From positions 1 to 41,241 of IMG/VR virus record IMGVR_UViG_3300037440_000452: a DNA stretch of 41,241 nt. One strand, 5' to 3'. Under the pieces are notes generated by a model. It saw only the letters and a list, made by a program, of their open reading frames with translations. It was not told the origin of the DNA and did no database searches. Both the position numbers and the translations under genes were made by a program. This DNA is from a virus. Its lineage: Duplodnaviria; Caudoviricetes. Positions 15,864 to 24,256 of this stretch are shown here, one piece after another. How positions within the stretch are numbered: position 1 is the stretch's first letter; each line of letters begins with the position of its first letter.

Positions 15864-16471
15864 TCCACCTCCGGCGCTTTAGGCTTGGTATCTTTACATC
15901 GCTCACAATGACCACAATTATTTCCTAACATCCAGCATCCTCTGCAAACTGGCCGAGAATATTTCTCGGTCTTATCAGGCTGAGATTCCATTGCCTCCGG
16001 CGGTCGCGGGGCCGCAGGGGTGGCTCTGAGCATTTTCTCGCGACAGGCGTTCCATCCCTGAGCCCAGCTCAGCGTGTGAATATAGGGTGTATCCTTTGAT
16101 GATCCTTCGTAGAGAGTGCCAGCGTCTACTTCCGACGGAACCTGCGCGGCAGGTTGGGGGCTGGCGTAGAGCCACTGTATTTTTAACTGACCGGGGTCTT
16201 TCATCAACCTCGCCATCACTTCGCAGTCATAACAAACAGCCATCAGATAACCTGATTCAGACATAATAAAACAGGCTGACGGCTCACTCTCTGCGTGATG
16301 GTGGGTGAGGGCGTCCATCCAAATCTCATAACGCTCGTTCTGACAATCCATGTTATATATTAAATCCTCATTTTTTGTCGTGTAATAATCAAGCTCATGA
16401 TCCCAGAAGATTCCATCTGGTATGGGGTATTTTTTTTCAAAATCGTCGCGCATTTTTTCTTTGCTGCTCAT
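15860..16471 (-). CDS. Hypothetical early protein (Ea-type mosaic; C-terminal CxxC...CxxCxxC)
   Basis: AQGWNACR motif typical of lambdoid early-left proteins. Confidence 0.65.
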   Translation of the reverse strand: MSSKEKMRDDFEKKYPIPDGIFWDHELDYYTTKNEDLIYNMDCQNERYEIWMDALTHHHAESEPSACFIMSESGYLMAVCYDCEVMARLMKDPGQLKIQWLYASPQPAAQVPSEVDAGTLYEGSSKDTPYIHTLSWAQGWNACREKMLRATPAAPRPPEAMESQPDKTEKYSRPVCRGCWMLGNNCGHCERCKDTKPKAPEVE

Positions 16472-16483
16472 AACTCGACTCGC

Positions 16484-16741
16484 TCAGTGGGCCGGGTAAA
16501 GCTCAACTTTGCCCATGGTTAATTTTTCGGGAGTGGGCATCTTGCCGTCGGAGCCTGATGCCTTGTGCTGCCGTCTCAGTGCGGCGAGCACAGCCCGCTG
16601 TACCTGGTCGTATTTATCGGCGCGCACCGCCACCCGCGAGGGGGGGGCGGACTTGCAGCGCTGGAACTCTTCTACAAATTTTGCCACTTCTGCCTTAACC
16701 GCCGTCACTGTCTTGTTGAGCTGGAGCTTTGAAATATCCAC
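16484..16741 (-). CDS. Hypothetical basic protein
   Basis: GTG start with AGAGG RBS. Confidence 0.65.
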   Translation of the reverse strand: MDISKLQLNKTVTAVKAEVAKFVEEFQRCKSAPPSRVAVRADKYDQVQRAVLAALRRQHKASGSDGKMPTPEKLTMGKVELYPAH

Positions 16742-16813
16742 CGTGATTCCTCTGAAAAAAGGGCCTACACCAGCGGCCCGACGGTTACACCTGACTGATG
16801 CGCCTGGGCGCGG

Positions 16814-17464
16814 TTAGAAATTGCTTATCAAATTTTCTTTGTATTGCTCGACCAGCTTGTCGAATTCAAGCAGATCAGTTTCTAATTGGGCGATGTGGTT
16901 GTCATTCCGGTCTATGCGGATGATAGTTAAGTGCCGGTTGATGCAGGAAAGTGCCGGCGCATACAGCACGAAATCCATCCACTTCCTGCCGGTGATCCAC
17001 ATGCCCGTCTGCACTTGGTCGGCGCAGTCTCCAATGTCCCCACACAGCAGAATCGGGGCGAGCTTTGCCGGGGCCAGAAAGCATTTGATCTCGACAGCCC
17101 CGTCATCGCCGACAAGACCGTCAACCGAAGCGCCGAATTTCCTGTCCTCGGTTAGAGCAAGACCGGCCTGTTCAACCAGGACGCCCCGCCGTTCTTCATA
17201 CAATAGGCGCGCCTCTGGCTCCAATTCCCGCCCGCGCCTTGCCTGCCATGGGTCAAACTGTGGATCGTCCAGTAGCTCGCCACTGATGCGCTCCACGGCC
17301 AGTTTGAATGCGTAGTCATGGGCTGCCTTTGAATAGTCCCCCTTGTTCGGGCCGGATTTAAGGCGCTTCCGGCATTCCGCGGCCATGGAGGCGGTTATTG
17401 CCGCGGCTCTGCCGGTTAGCCAAGCCTCGGAACCTTGCGGGGCCTCCAGATAGATGCAGCTCAT
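16814..17464 (-). CDS. YqaJ/lambda-exonuclease family protein
   Basis: QGSEAWL..R...ITAS, GASVDGL, EIKC, W.DFV.Y. Confidence 0.9.
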   Translation of the reverse strand: MSCIYLEAPQGSEAWLTGRAAAITASMAAECRKRLKSGPNKGDYSKAAHDYAFKLAVERISGELLDDPQFDPWQARRGRELEPEARLLYEERRGVLVEQAGLALTEDRKFGASVDGLVGDDGAVEIKCFLAPAKLAPILLCGDIGDCADQVQTGMWITGRKWMDFVLYAPALSCINRHLTIIRIDRNDNHIAQLETDLLEFDKLVEQYKENLISNF

Positions 17465-18177
17465 GGTTGCACCGCGATACTTTTCAGGTGATTCATTGCA
17501 CCGCCGAATCGAGCCTGTAGCAGATCTTCAATGCGCTCGATATGTGCCGCCTGGCAGATATATGCCTCATTCTTCCCGGCAACATTCGCTGCATCCCGCA
17601 GCTGCTTAATCTGCGCATTGGTAACGGATGGGTGTTCATTGAACTTTGGCGGTCCGCCATCGTCATCATCCCCTGTGGATATATTCAGCAGCGCGCAAAT
17701 GGCATACCGCTTGGCATAGCTAACGGTCGAGCCGACGGCCTGTACGGCGTTTTTGCTGCCGCTGGTATCTAGGGGCAGGGAGAGGTTTGTTTCCTCGCTA
17801 TAACCCATCCGGTGAGAAAGCCGCGCTGTGACCGTGACCGACTTATCCGTCTGATTAATTCGGAAAGTAACCGCAAAACCGTACTTTTGCAGGGTTGGGC
17901 GAATGGCCTCGTTGATGTCCTCAAGCTTTGCATATTTGGCATTGTTGTGCCCGCGCCCAGCCTTGCCTACCAGTGGCAACTCAGACTGCATTGCTGCAAG
18001 ATCCGCTGTGAAAGCCTGTTGAGCGTTTCTATTAAGAATACGCTCTTGCATATCGAGCATTTTTTCCAGCTTGGAAATGTCGGCATCCGGATTAAGTGCT
18101 ACCCGCTCAACCATCGCCATCACCGCCTGCATTTCTGTAGATGCGGCCTGCTCAACTTTCACTATTTCGCTACACAT
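17461..18177 (-). CDS. erf: Erf-family single-strand annealing protein
   Basis: KYAKLEDI...GSTVSYAKRYAICALLNI...DDDDG. Confidence 0.9.
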   Translation of the reverse strand: MCSEIVKVEQAASTEMQAVMAMVERVALNPDADISKLEKMLDMQERILNRNAQQAFTADLAAMQSELPLVGKAGRGHNNAKYAKLEDINEAIRPTLQKYGFAVTFRINQTDKSVTVTARLSHRMGYSEETNLSLPLDTSGSKNAVQAVGSTVSYAKRYAICALLNISTGDDDDGGPPKFNEHPSVTNAQIKQLRDAANVAGKNEAYICQAAHIERIEDLLQARFGGAMNHLKSIAVQP

Positions 18178-18592
18178 AAATTTCCTCGCATTCCCAATTA
18201 GCTTTTCTCTTCGCCGCTTCCCGCTGCGGCTGACCTTCTTCCGGCTTCGGTTGCGGCGCCGGAAATGGCACCACTTCGCCTGGATTCGCCGCTCCCAACC
18301 GAACAACTGCATCAGGCTCGGCCCATGCCGTATCTCGCATTACCAGTTGCAAGCGTTCGCGCACAATTGCCAGCGTTTCTTCAATCCACTCCCAGCGGCG
18401 CAGATCTCCGGCGGGGAAGGGGTTTTCGCAATGGCCGAATAACTGATATGAGCGACGACAGGCTGCTCGAATGGCTTCGCAGGTACCGCGCCACTTCTCA
18501 TATTCATACCCGCGCACTATTGTCACGCGCGGGAACAAGTAACTGGCTCGACGGGTTGCCGCGACCATCGCGGCGCTCAGTGAATATTTCAT
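18170..18592 (-). CDS. Hypothetical protein (MKYSLS..., full copy)
   Basis: ATGA coupling; N-terminus duplicated at 19190. Confidence 0.7.
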   Translation of the reverse strand: MKYSLSAAMVAATRRASYLFPRVTIVRGYEYEKWRGTCEAIRAACRRSYQLFGHCENPFPAGDLRRWEWIEETLAIVRERLQLVMRDTAWAEPDAVVRLGAANPGEVVPFPAPQPKPEEGQPQREAAKRKANWECEEIYV

Positions 18593-18615
18593 GCTGGTTC
18601 CGCCTGGGTTTCTTC
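18381..18615. repeat. Direct repeat R1 copy a (copy b at 18979-19213)
   Basis: Near-identical ~180-bp core at 598-bp offset, with diverged flanks. Confidence 0.9.
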
Positions 18616-18882
18616 TTCAACCTCCGCATCAATATTCTCAAACCGAAGCCCATCGATAATTGCATTTACAACTTTTTGATGTGCCTGAATGAAGTCGCGC
18701 GTTTTTTCCATCGCACGATTTATATCGTGCGAATAGTTGTAACCCTTGCTTAGGTCCACGATCTGACCGACGGTCAGAGTATGTAATTCGCTTGGGTAAA
18801 ATTTCCCCAAAAATCTCTCCAGTTCCCCGTGTTCGACTTGGCACAGGTATACACGCTCTTCTGACTTGCCTATTACTTTCAT
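18589..18882 (-). CDS. Hypothetical protein (97 aa, MKVIGKSEE...)
   Basis: ATGA overlaps at both ends. Confidence 0.7.
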   Translation of the reverse strand: MKVIGKSEERVYLCQVEHGELERFLGKFYPSELHTLTVGQIVDLSKGYNYSHDINRAMEKTRDFIQAHQKVVNAIIDGLRFENIDAEVEEETQAEPA

Positions 18883-19190
18883 TGCCTCGACTCCCACAGC
18901 CGCGCCGCGACACTCTCGTCGTATTCGTCTATCTCCCACGCAACCGGCGCGGCCGGTGGAATGAACCTGTAACTCTCATCAATCCAAACCCATCGGCGCA
19001 CATCGCCCACAGGGAAGGGGTTTTCGCAATGGCCGAATAACTGATATGAGCGACGACAGGCTGTTCGAATGGCTTCGCAGGTACCGCGCCACTTCTCATA
19101 TTCATACCCGCGCACAACTGTCACGCGCGGGAACAGGTAACTGGCTCGACGGGTTGCCGCGACCATCGAGGCGCTCAGGGAATATTTCAT
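18879..19190 (-). CDS. Chimeric ORF (R1 N-terminus + R2 C-terminus)
   Basis: Begins like 18170-18592 and ends like 19995-20453. Confidence 0.65.
   Translation of the reverse strand: MKYSLSASMVAATRRASYLFPRVTVVRGYEYEKWRGTCEAIRTACRRSYQLFGHCENPFPVGDVRRWVWIDESYRFIPPAAPVAWEIDEYDESVAARLWESRQ
18892..18953. repeat. Direct repeat R2 copy a (copy b at 20008-20069)
   Basis: 62 bp identical at 1116-bp offset. Confidence 0.9.
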
Positions 19191-19213
19191 GCCGGATCTG
19201 CCTCGGTTTCTTG
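18979..19213. repeat. Direct repeat R1 copy b
   Basis: Matches 18381-18615. Confidence 0.9.
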
Positions 19214-19957
19214 ATCTCGCTCCGGCTCTTTCTGCGCTCCGGGTTTTGCTGGAGAAGTCTCGATCAGCTGTTTCAGGATCGGCTTCCAAATTTTCCACCA
19301 GCACAGTGCGCGAGATTCCATTTCGGAAATTTCATGATCTGAAAATTTCCACCACTCTCTAATCTCGTGGATCTGGCAGCCAACTTGCATATGAGTGGAT
19401 GTGTACGCGACATCCCACAGGTCGCAGTGCACTGATTTGATTTCCGATTTGTTGCCGCAGCAGCCGCGCAGTTTGGCACCGCTCAGGTTGGCATCGCTCA
19501 GGTTGGCATCGCTCAGGTTGGCACCGCTCAGGTAGGCATCGCTCAGGTTGGCACCGCTCAGGTAGGCATCGCTCAGGTTGGCATCGCTCAGGTTGGCACC
19601 GCTCAGGTTGGCATCGCTCAGGTTGGCACCGCTCAGGTTGGCACCGCTCAGGTAGGCATCGCTCAGGTTGGCATCGCTCAGGTTGGCACCGCTCAGGTTG
19701 GCATCGCTCAGGTTGGCACCGCTCAGGTTGGCATCGCTCAGGTTGGCACCGCTCAGGTTGGCATCGCTCAGGTAGGCACCGCGCAGGTAGGCACCGCGCA
19801 GGTTGGCACCGCTCAGGTTGGCATCGCGCAGGTTGGCACCGCTCAGGTTGGCATCGCTCAGGTTGGCACCGCTCAGGTTGGCACGCTCGCCCACCTCTTC
19901 GCCCGCCAGCCAAAGTTCGTGTTTTTTCAGCACTTCTTGCAGTTGCGACATTTCCAT
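19187..19957 (-). CDS. Pentapeptide repeat protein
   Basis: 28 A(N/Y/K)L(S/R)(G/D) units; KHELWL N-terminus; VGCQ.H...W C-terminus; GAGG RBS. Confidence 0.92.
   Translation of the reverse strand: MEMSQLQEVLKKHELWLAGEEVGERANLSGANLSDANLSGANLRDANLSGANLRGAYLRGAYLSDANLSGANLSDANLSGANLSDANLSGANLSDANLSDAYLSGANLSGANLSDANLSGANLSDANLSDAYLSGANLSDAYLSGANLSDANLSDANLSGAKLRGCCGNKSEIKSVHCDLWDVAYTSTHMQVGCQIHEIREWWKFSDHEISEMESRALCWWKIWKPILKQLIETSPAKPGAQKEPERDQETEADPA
19463..19882. repeat. 15-bp coding tandem repeat x28
   Basis: Variants of GCTCAGGTTGGCA(T/C)C. Confidence 0.95.
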
Positions 19958-19994
19958 TTTTCGGTCCTCGTTATCCTGGGTTGTATCTGCTCTT

Positions 19995-20453
19995 TTACTG
20001 TCGTGATTCCCACAGCCGCGCCGCGACACTCTCGTCGTATTCGTCTATCTCCCACGCAACCGGCGCGGCGGGGATTTCAAAGCTTGTGATTTCAATTTCA
20101 GAGGATGGACGCTGGCAAATCTGGCCCTGGAATTCGTCGGCGTCACTGTCTTCGTCCAGATAGCCGGTGACTTCGATCTGGCTCACGGGAATCAAGAACT
20201 GCACGACGATTCGCTCTTCGTCTGTAGCCGGAACTGCCACGGGTGCCGGCGGAATGGCGTTCTGGATGCGCGACAGGGATTCAAGCCGGTCGACGGCGTT
20301 TTTAATCCAGCTCCGCATCACCCCATACCGGTAGGGCCAGTTTTTCCTGTCGTGTCCGTTCTCATCCAGGCAGTCACGCAGATCTACGATCACGCCCTCT
20401 ACGCTCAGGTAGGGGGGCCTTGTGGCTTTCGGCAGCGTTGCTGTGCTAGTCAT
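19995..20453 (-). CDS. Hypothetical protein (MTSTATLPK...)
   Basis: ATG 20453 overlaps the end of the upstream gene; the longer PPG extension is a shadow frame. Confidence 0.65.
   Translation of the reverse strand: MTSTATLPKATRPPYLSVEGVIVDLRDCLDENGHDRKNWPYRYGVMRSWIKNAVDRLESLSRIQNAIPPAPVAVPATDEERIVVQFLIPVSQIEVTGYLDEDSDADEFQGQICQRPSSEIEITSFEIPAAPVAWEIDEYDESVAARLWESRQ
20008..20069. repeat. Direct repeat R2 copy b
   Basis: Identical to 18892-18953. Confidence 0.9.
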
Positions 20454-21024
20454 CGATCCACTCTCCTGCATCCAAAATTTGCTTGAGTTTTTTGGTCTGG
20501 GCGTCCCTGGCGGCGTCCCAGCCGGCGGCCCTGGCGGCGTCCCAGGCGGCGGCCCAGGCGGCGGCCCAGGCGGCGTCCCAGGCGGCGTCCCAGGCGGCGT
20601 CCCTGGAGGCGGCCCAGGCGGCGTCCCAGGCGGCGGCCCAGGCGGCGTCCCTGGCGGCGGCCAGCTCTTCGTCGGTGGCATCGCCGTTGGAGTGTCGCCA
20701 AGCCACGTCCAGGGCCCGCTTGCTCCGATCGTCCTCCATTAAATGCTCGACCTGACGCGCAGCCCAAACCGCGAATTTGCGCCAGAGTGGATGTAGGTTT
20801 TCAGGGGTGCAGCGGAGGGCCCACAGAGTGTCGCAAAGGTCGTTTGTTTCGAGGATGTCGGAGAGCGGGAAGGACTCGTCGTCAGCTTTCGTTTTGCCCT
20901 TTGCCTTGAGCAGCGTTTTCCAGCCGCTCTCGCAGGGAGCAGATGCCTTTATTTCATTAAGGGAAATCATTACGGGGCCAGAGGCTATCTCCGGCCGTGT
21001 TGCTACTGCTTCTGCTGTTTCCAT
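20446..21024 (-). CDS. AA(W/R)(D/A) tetrapeptide-repeat phage protein, first gene of the pL operon
   Basis: PCESGWKTLL...DTLWALR...12-bp repeats at ~20501-20662; GAGG RBS. Confidence 0.8.
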   Translation of the reverse strand: METAEAVATRPEIASGPVMISLNEIKASAPCESGWKTLLKAKGKTKADDESFPLSDILETNDLCDTLWALRCTPENLHPLWRKFAVWAARQVEHLMEDDRSKRALDVAWRHSNGDATDEELAAARDAAWAAAWDAAWAASRDAAWDAAWDAAWAAAWAAAWDAARAAGWDAARDAQTKKLKQILDAGEWIDD

Positions 21025-21060
21025 GGTGTTGCCCTCTGGGTTATCTGTGTTGATGAGTCA

Positions 21061-21103
21061 ATGTTATGTACCAAAAGTACATCTTGCAAGTACTTTTAGT
21101 TCA
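21061..21103 (-). promoter_or_regulatory. pL promoter with two operators
   Basis: TTGCAA-N17-TAACAT; TGTACCAAAAGTACA (21067-21081), AGTACTTTTAGTTCA (21089-21103). Confidence 0.8.
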
Positions 21104-21237
21104 CTAGCGAGAATTAACGCGCCAACCTTTTTAGATATTTGGGATTGCAGGCTCACGAAAGCAGAGAACGGCGCCACGCTGACGCCGCTTGGGATGTTGC
21201 TCCAGGAGCCTAAAAGAGGGGGAGAAAAGAGGAGGGG

Positions 21238-21681
21238 CTAGCTTTTGTCGGATCTGGCTGCGGACAGGGTCGCAACCACAGCCATGATTGCGGAAAGTTC
21301 AGAGTCGCCAAGGTTCCCGGCATTGTATTCACTGTCGATCATACTCAAGAGCGCCAACAACTTTCTGCCAGCTGGCTTCCCGGCCATATATTTCGAGGGC
21401 TCCTCCTCCATGACCGCGCCGTAGTCCTTGGGTCTTTGCGCCTTCTGTCCTTCTTCGTACTGTAGCCAGTTTTGGCTGACTCCTAGGTCGTTGGCAATAA
21501 TCCTCAGCTTCTCTTGTCGAGGAATCGACTCGCCATTAAGCCATTTGCTGGCACCCCTCGGGGTCGTCTTTGTAATTTTGGCCAAGTGTGCGCCACGACC
21601 GCGCATTCCCCACCCGGCATCCTTCATTGCTTGATTAAGGCGTCTCGAAAACTCGGCGCGCATTTCGTCTGATTGAACCAT
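21238..21681 (-). CDS. cI: CI-like repressor (HK022-like HTH, no S24 peptidase domain)
   Basis: MVQ...FSRRL...SKWLNGESIPR; divergent from cro; 147 aa. Confidence 0.8.
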   Translation of the reverse strand: MVQSDEMRAEFSRRLNQAMKDAGWGMRGRGAHLAKITKTTPRGASKWLNGESIPRQEKLRIIANDLGVSQNWLQYEEGQKAQRPKDYGAVMEEEPSKYMAGKPAGRKLLALLSMIDSEYNAGNLGDSELSAIMAVVATLSAARSDKS

Positions 21682-21743
21682 AAGTACATTATCTAACGCC
21701 TTGACTGTACTTTCAGTACCCGCTAATCTGTACTCAAAGTACA
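21674..21743 (+). promoter_or_regulatory. oR (three operators) and pR
   Basis: TGAACCATAAGTACA 21674, TGTACTTTCAGTACC 21706, TGTACTCAAAGTACA 21729; TTGACT-N17-TAATCT at 21701-21729. Confidence 0.85.
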
Positions 21744-21758
21744 TATTGGAACCGCTCA

Positions 21759-21989
21759 ATGGAGACTCTCAGAAAGGCAATCAATTCAGCTGGCGGCCCT
21801 ACATGCGCCGCGACCGCATGCGGAGTATCGCCCCGTGCAGTGCATAAGTGGCTGTCGTCTGGACGCCTTCCGCGCACTGAATACACCGGGGAAACGCGGT
21901 ACGCAGAAACACTTGCTGAGCTTTCTGGTGGGCAGTTTGATGGGAGCGAGCTACTCGAGAGCCTGAAACTGAACAACACGGCGGCATAA
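21759..21989 (+). CDS. cro: Cro-like repressor
   Basis: GVSPRAVHKW...LPRTEYTGETRYA; position. Confidence 0.85.
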   Translation: METLRKAINSAGGPTCAATACGVSPRAVHKWLSSGRLPRTEYTGETRYAETLAELSGGQFDGSELLESLKLNNTAA

Positions 21990-22086
21990 CCATGGCCACA
22001 GCAATAACAGCATCACTACTGATCGTCTGCCTGATGATTTTGATAGAAAAAATAACTGAATAGAGCAGTACATAGGAAATCCTCGA

Positions 22087-22401
22087 ATGGAAACGGTAAG
22101 CGCAGTATCGGGAGAGAGCGACACAAAATCCCGCAAGTACTTGAGCCTGACATTGCAGCAGCTTGCGAGTGTTGGTGGGAGAGCTGCGGCCGCCGCCATT
22201 GGGGTGCATGAATCGACTGTCAGCCGAATGAAGGATGGGGAATTGGAGCGGTATTGCCGTCTGGTGGAGGCCCTGGGCCTGAAAATTGTCAGTCAGGAAA
22301 TGAAATGTTATCGGCCAGCGGACATTGACCCCTACATCCAGCTGGCCAAGCGCCACATGGAACAGGTCAATTCAGCCGAACAGCTGGTTTGGGAGGATTG
22401 A
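22087..22401 (+). CDS. cII: CII-like activator
   Basis: AIGVHESTVSRMK...ALGLKIV; position after cro. Confidence 0.8.
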   Translation: METVSAVSGESDTKSRKYLSLTLQQLASVGGRAAAAAIGVHESTVSRMKDGELERYCRLVEALGLKIVSQEMKCYRPADIDPYIQLAKRHMEQVNSAEQLVWED

Positions 22402-22502
22402 TGACTAAATCAGCAGAACAAATCTTGCAATGGCCAGAAGCCGCCGTTTATGTGGCCCTAATTCTTGCCTGCGCCTGGGTTGTCGGAAAAATGTTTGAGT
22501 AG
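22401..22502 (+). CDS. 33-aa single-TM peptide (MTKSAEQILQWPEAAVYVALILACAWVVGKMFE)
   Basis: GGAGG RBS, TGATG coupling. Confidence 0.6.
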   Translation: MTKSAEQILQWPEAAVYVALILACAWVVGKMFE

Positions 22503-22618
22503 TTCATTGAATTTCCCTGCACCCTGGGGAGGGATCTTAACCGCAGGGGATACCCGGCTGCTGGCCGGCCGGGTGCTCTTTAATCATCAAGCAATCAGAG
22601 GAAACACAAGGAAACCGT

Positions 22619-22921
22619 ATGAACATTTCAGGATTGGATAAGGCCAAGGTCTTGGCTGCTCTATACAACGGATCTAAACAGCAGGGACTGGGATTCCTGG
22701 ACGGACGTGGGTCAACCGGCATGACGGTGGAAGATGCCCGCGCAGAACTGGCAAAAGGCAATTGCTTTGACTATCTCAATGGTCGAGTGATGAAGATCAG
22801 CCTGGATGGGGATGATCTGGAAACTCGATTGTACAACCGCGACAACGGTGACGGCGCGGCCGAACGGATTATTGAAGAGCTGCGCTCTAGCGAGCCAGTT
22901 TCCGACGGCAAAGCCGGGTAA
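22619..22921 (+). CDS. Hypothetical phage protein (MNISGLDKAKVLAALYN...FDYLNGRVMK)
   Basis: AGGA RBS, protein-like composition. Confidence 0.75.
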   Translation: MNISGLDKAKVLAALYNGSKQQGLGFLDGRGSTGMTVEDARAELAKGNCFDYLNGRVMKISLDGDDLETRLYNRDNGDGAAERIIEELRSSEPVSDGKAG

Positions 22922-22939
22922 GCCTGGAATTTTATAACC

Positions 22940-23610
22940 GCCCGCCTTCGGTATATGAGGCGGCATTAGAAGTGACTCGCGTAGCAGCGGAGGCCAAGGC
23001 CGAAGGGGAGCGTAAGTCGATGAGTCACTTCTAATGAGTTTGTAGTTGATTGACTGCATTTGAAAGAGCGCGGGCGTTCAAAACTGAAACCGCCGACATG
23101 GCCTGGCCATACCCAGGAAGCGACAAGCCCGGTGTCCCATGTGATGAGGGGGTGGCTCGCTCTTTTTCAAATGCGGTGAATGCCCAGTGGCGATGGGCGG
23201 AATAAAACATACGGGTGTGCACGCCCTGAAACCTGAACGGACAGGCGGTTATCCGTAAAGCCGGGATTGTTGCCTCCGGCCACCGCAGACTAATTGGGGC
23301 CAGCAGCCTCAATGTCGGACCGGCCTGGCCAGCGCGCGAAAGCAACGGTTCGGCCACAAATAACTGCTGCGAGCCGGGGAGGGGTCGGCACCGAATAAAC
23401 GATTTTGCCGCTGGGCTGACAACGTACTGTCGTAAACACGGCACTTCCCACATGAGCCAGCTAACGGTGGGACGGGAACCGCACCTGTAATGATGGCCCT
23501 AGACCTGCTGGGCGAGACTTGCGGTTGACTTTGTAGGCGCTGGCGGTGACGCGATTGTCCCATCTGGCCCTACATGCAGGGTGACTGCCGTGAGAGTGCG
23601 GCACCTAAAA
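22940..23610 (+). ncRNA. Putative array of structured non-coding RNAs
   Basis: No credible + strand ORF; several long closing stems (see findings). Confidence 0.45.
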
Positions 23611-23692
23611 ATTCGTCTGCGAGCCGGTGAATTCGCTATCTGCTGGATCGATTTCAGACCATCAATAACCGCGGTAGCGGATGGGGATAAGC

Positions 23693-24256
23693 ATGGCGAA
23701 GCGGAAAAGCTTAGGTAAAAAATTACGCTTTGAGGTTTTCAAGCGAGACAGTTTCACATGTCAGTATTGCGGTTCTGTTCCCCCTTTAGTGATTCTGCAT
23801 GTTGATCACATCGTACCTGTGGTCGAAGGCGGCGAGAATGAAATCGATAACCTGACCACTGCTTGCAGCTCCTGCAACTTAGGGAAGGGTGCTCGCAGCC
23901 TTTCCGCAATTCCTGAATCGCTATCCGATAAAGCTGGAAGAATTCAAGAGCAAGAGGATCAGCTTAAAGGGTACGCGGACGTCATGGATGCCAAAAAAGA
24001 ACGCCAGAACGCGGATGCGTGGCGCGTGGCGAATATCTTCTGTAGTGCCCACGGCATCGACCCGGAAGAACAGGGGATTAATCGGGATTGGTTCTCTAGC
24101 ATCAGAAGATTTAACGATCAGATAGGATTATTTGAGTGTATAGAGGCCATGGAGCTGGCCACTGAAAAATTCTCATACAACCGGAGTCGTTGTTTTCGAT
24201 ATTTCTGTGGGATCTGCTGGAACAAGATTCGAGAGGTGGAAGATGGCGAGATCTAG
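23693..24256 (+). CDS. HNH endonuclease domain protein
   Basis: RFEVFKRDSFTCQYCG...HVDHIVP..GG...NL..AC..CN. Confidence 0.9.
   Translation: MAKRKSLGKKLRFEVFKRDSFTCQYCGSVPPLVILHVDHIVPVVEGGENEIDNLTTACSSCNLGKGARSLSAIPESLSDKAGRIQEQEDQLKGYADVMDAKKERQNADAWRVANIFCSAHGIDPEEQGINRDWFSSIRRFNDQIGLFECIEAMELATEKFSYNRSRCFRYFCGICWNKIREVEDGEI

Noticed and set aside
18381-19213. DGR template/variable repeat pair
   Set aside because: No reverse transcriptase in the genome, mismatches are not confined to adenines, and the repeat is at an N-terminus
19463-19882. CRISPR array
   Set aside because: Contiguous 15-bp coding repeats with no spacers and no cas genes
19359-19913. Cys-rich CQPER repeat protein
   Set aside because: Alternative frame of the pentapeptide repeat; it stays open only because the 15-bp unit has no stop codon
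20422-20767. Collagen/elastin-like PPG, GGVPG and GRRL ORFs
   Set aside because: Shadow frames of the 12-bp repeat in gene 20446-21024
23031-23563. Minus-strand ORFs of 140 and 84 aa
   Set aside because: Antisense to the early-right operon, with no clear RBS and no recognisable motifs
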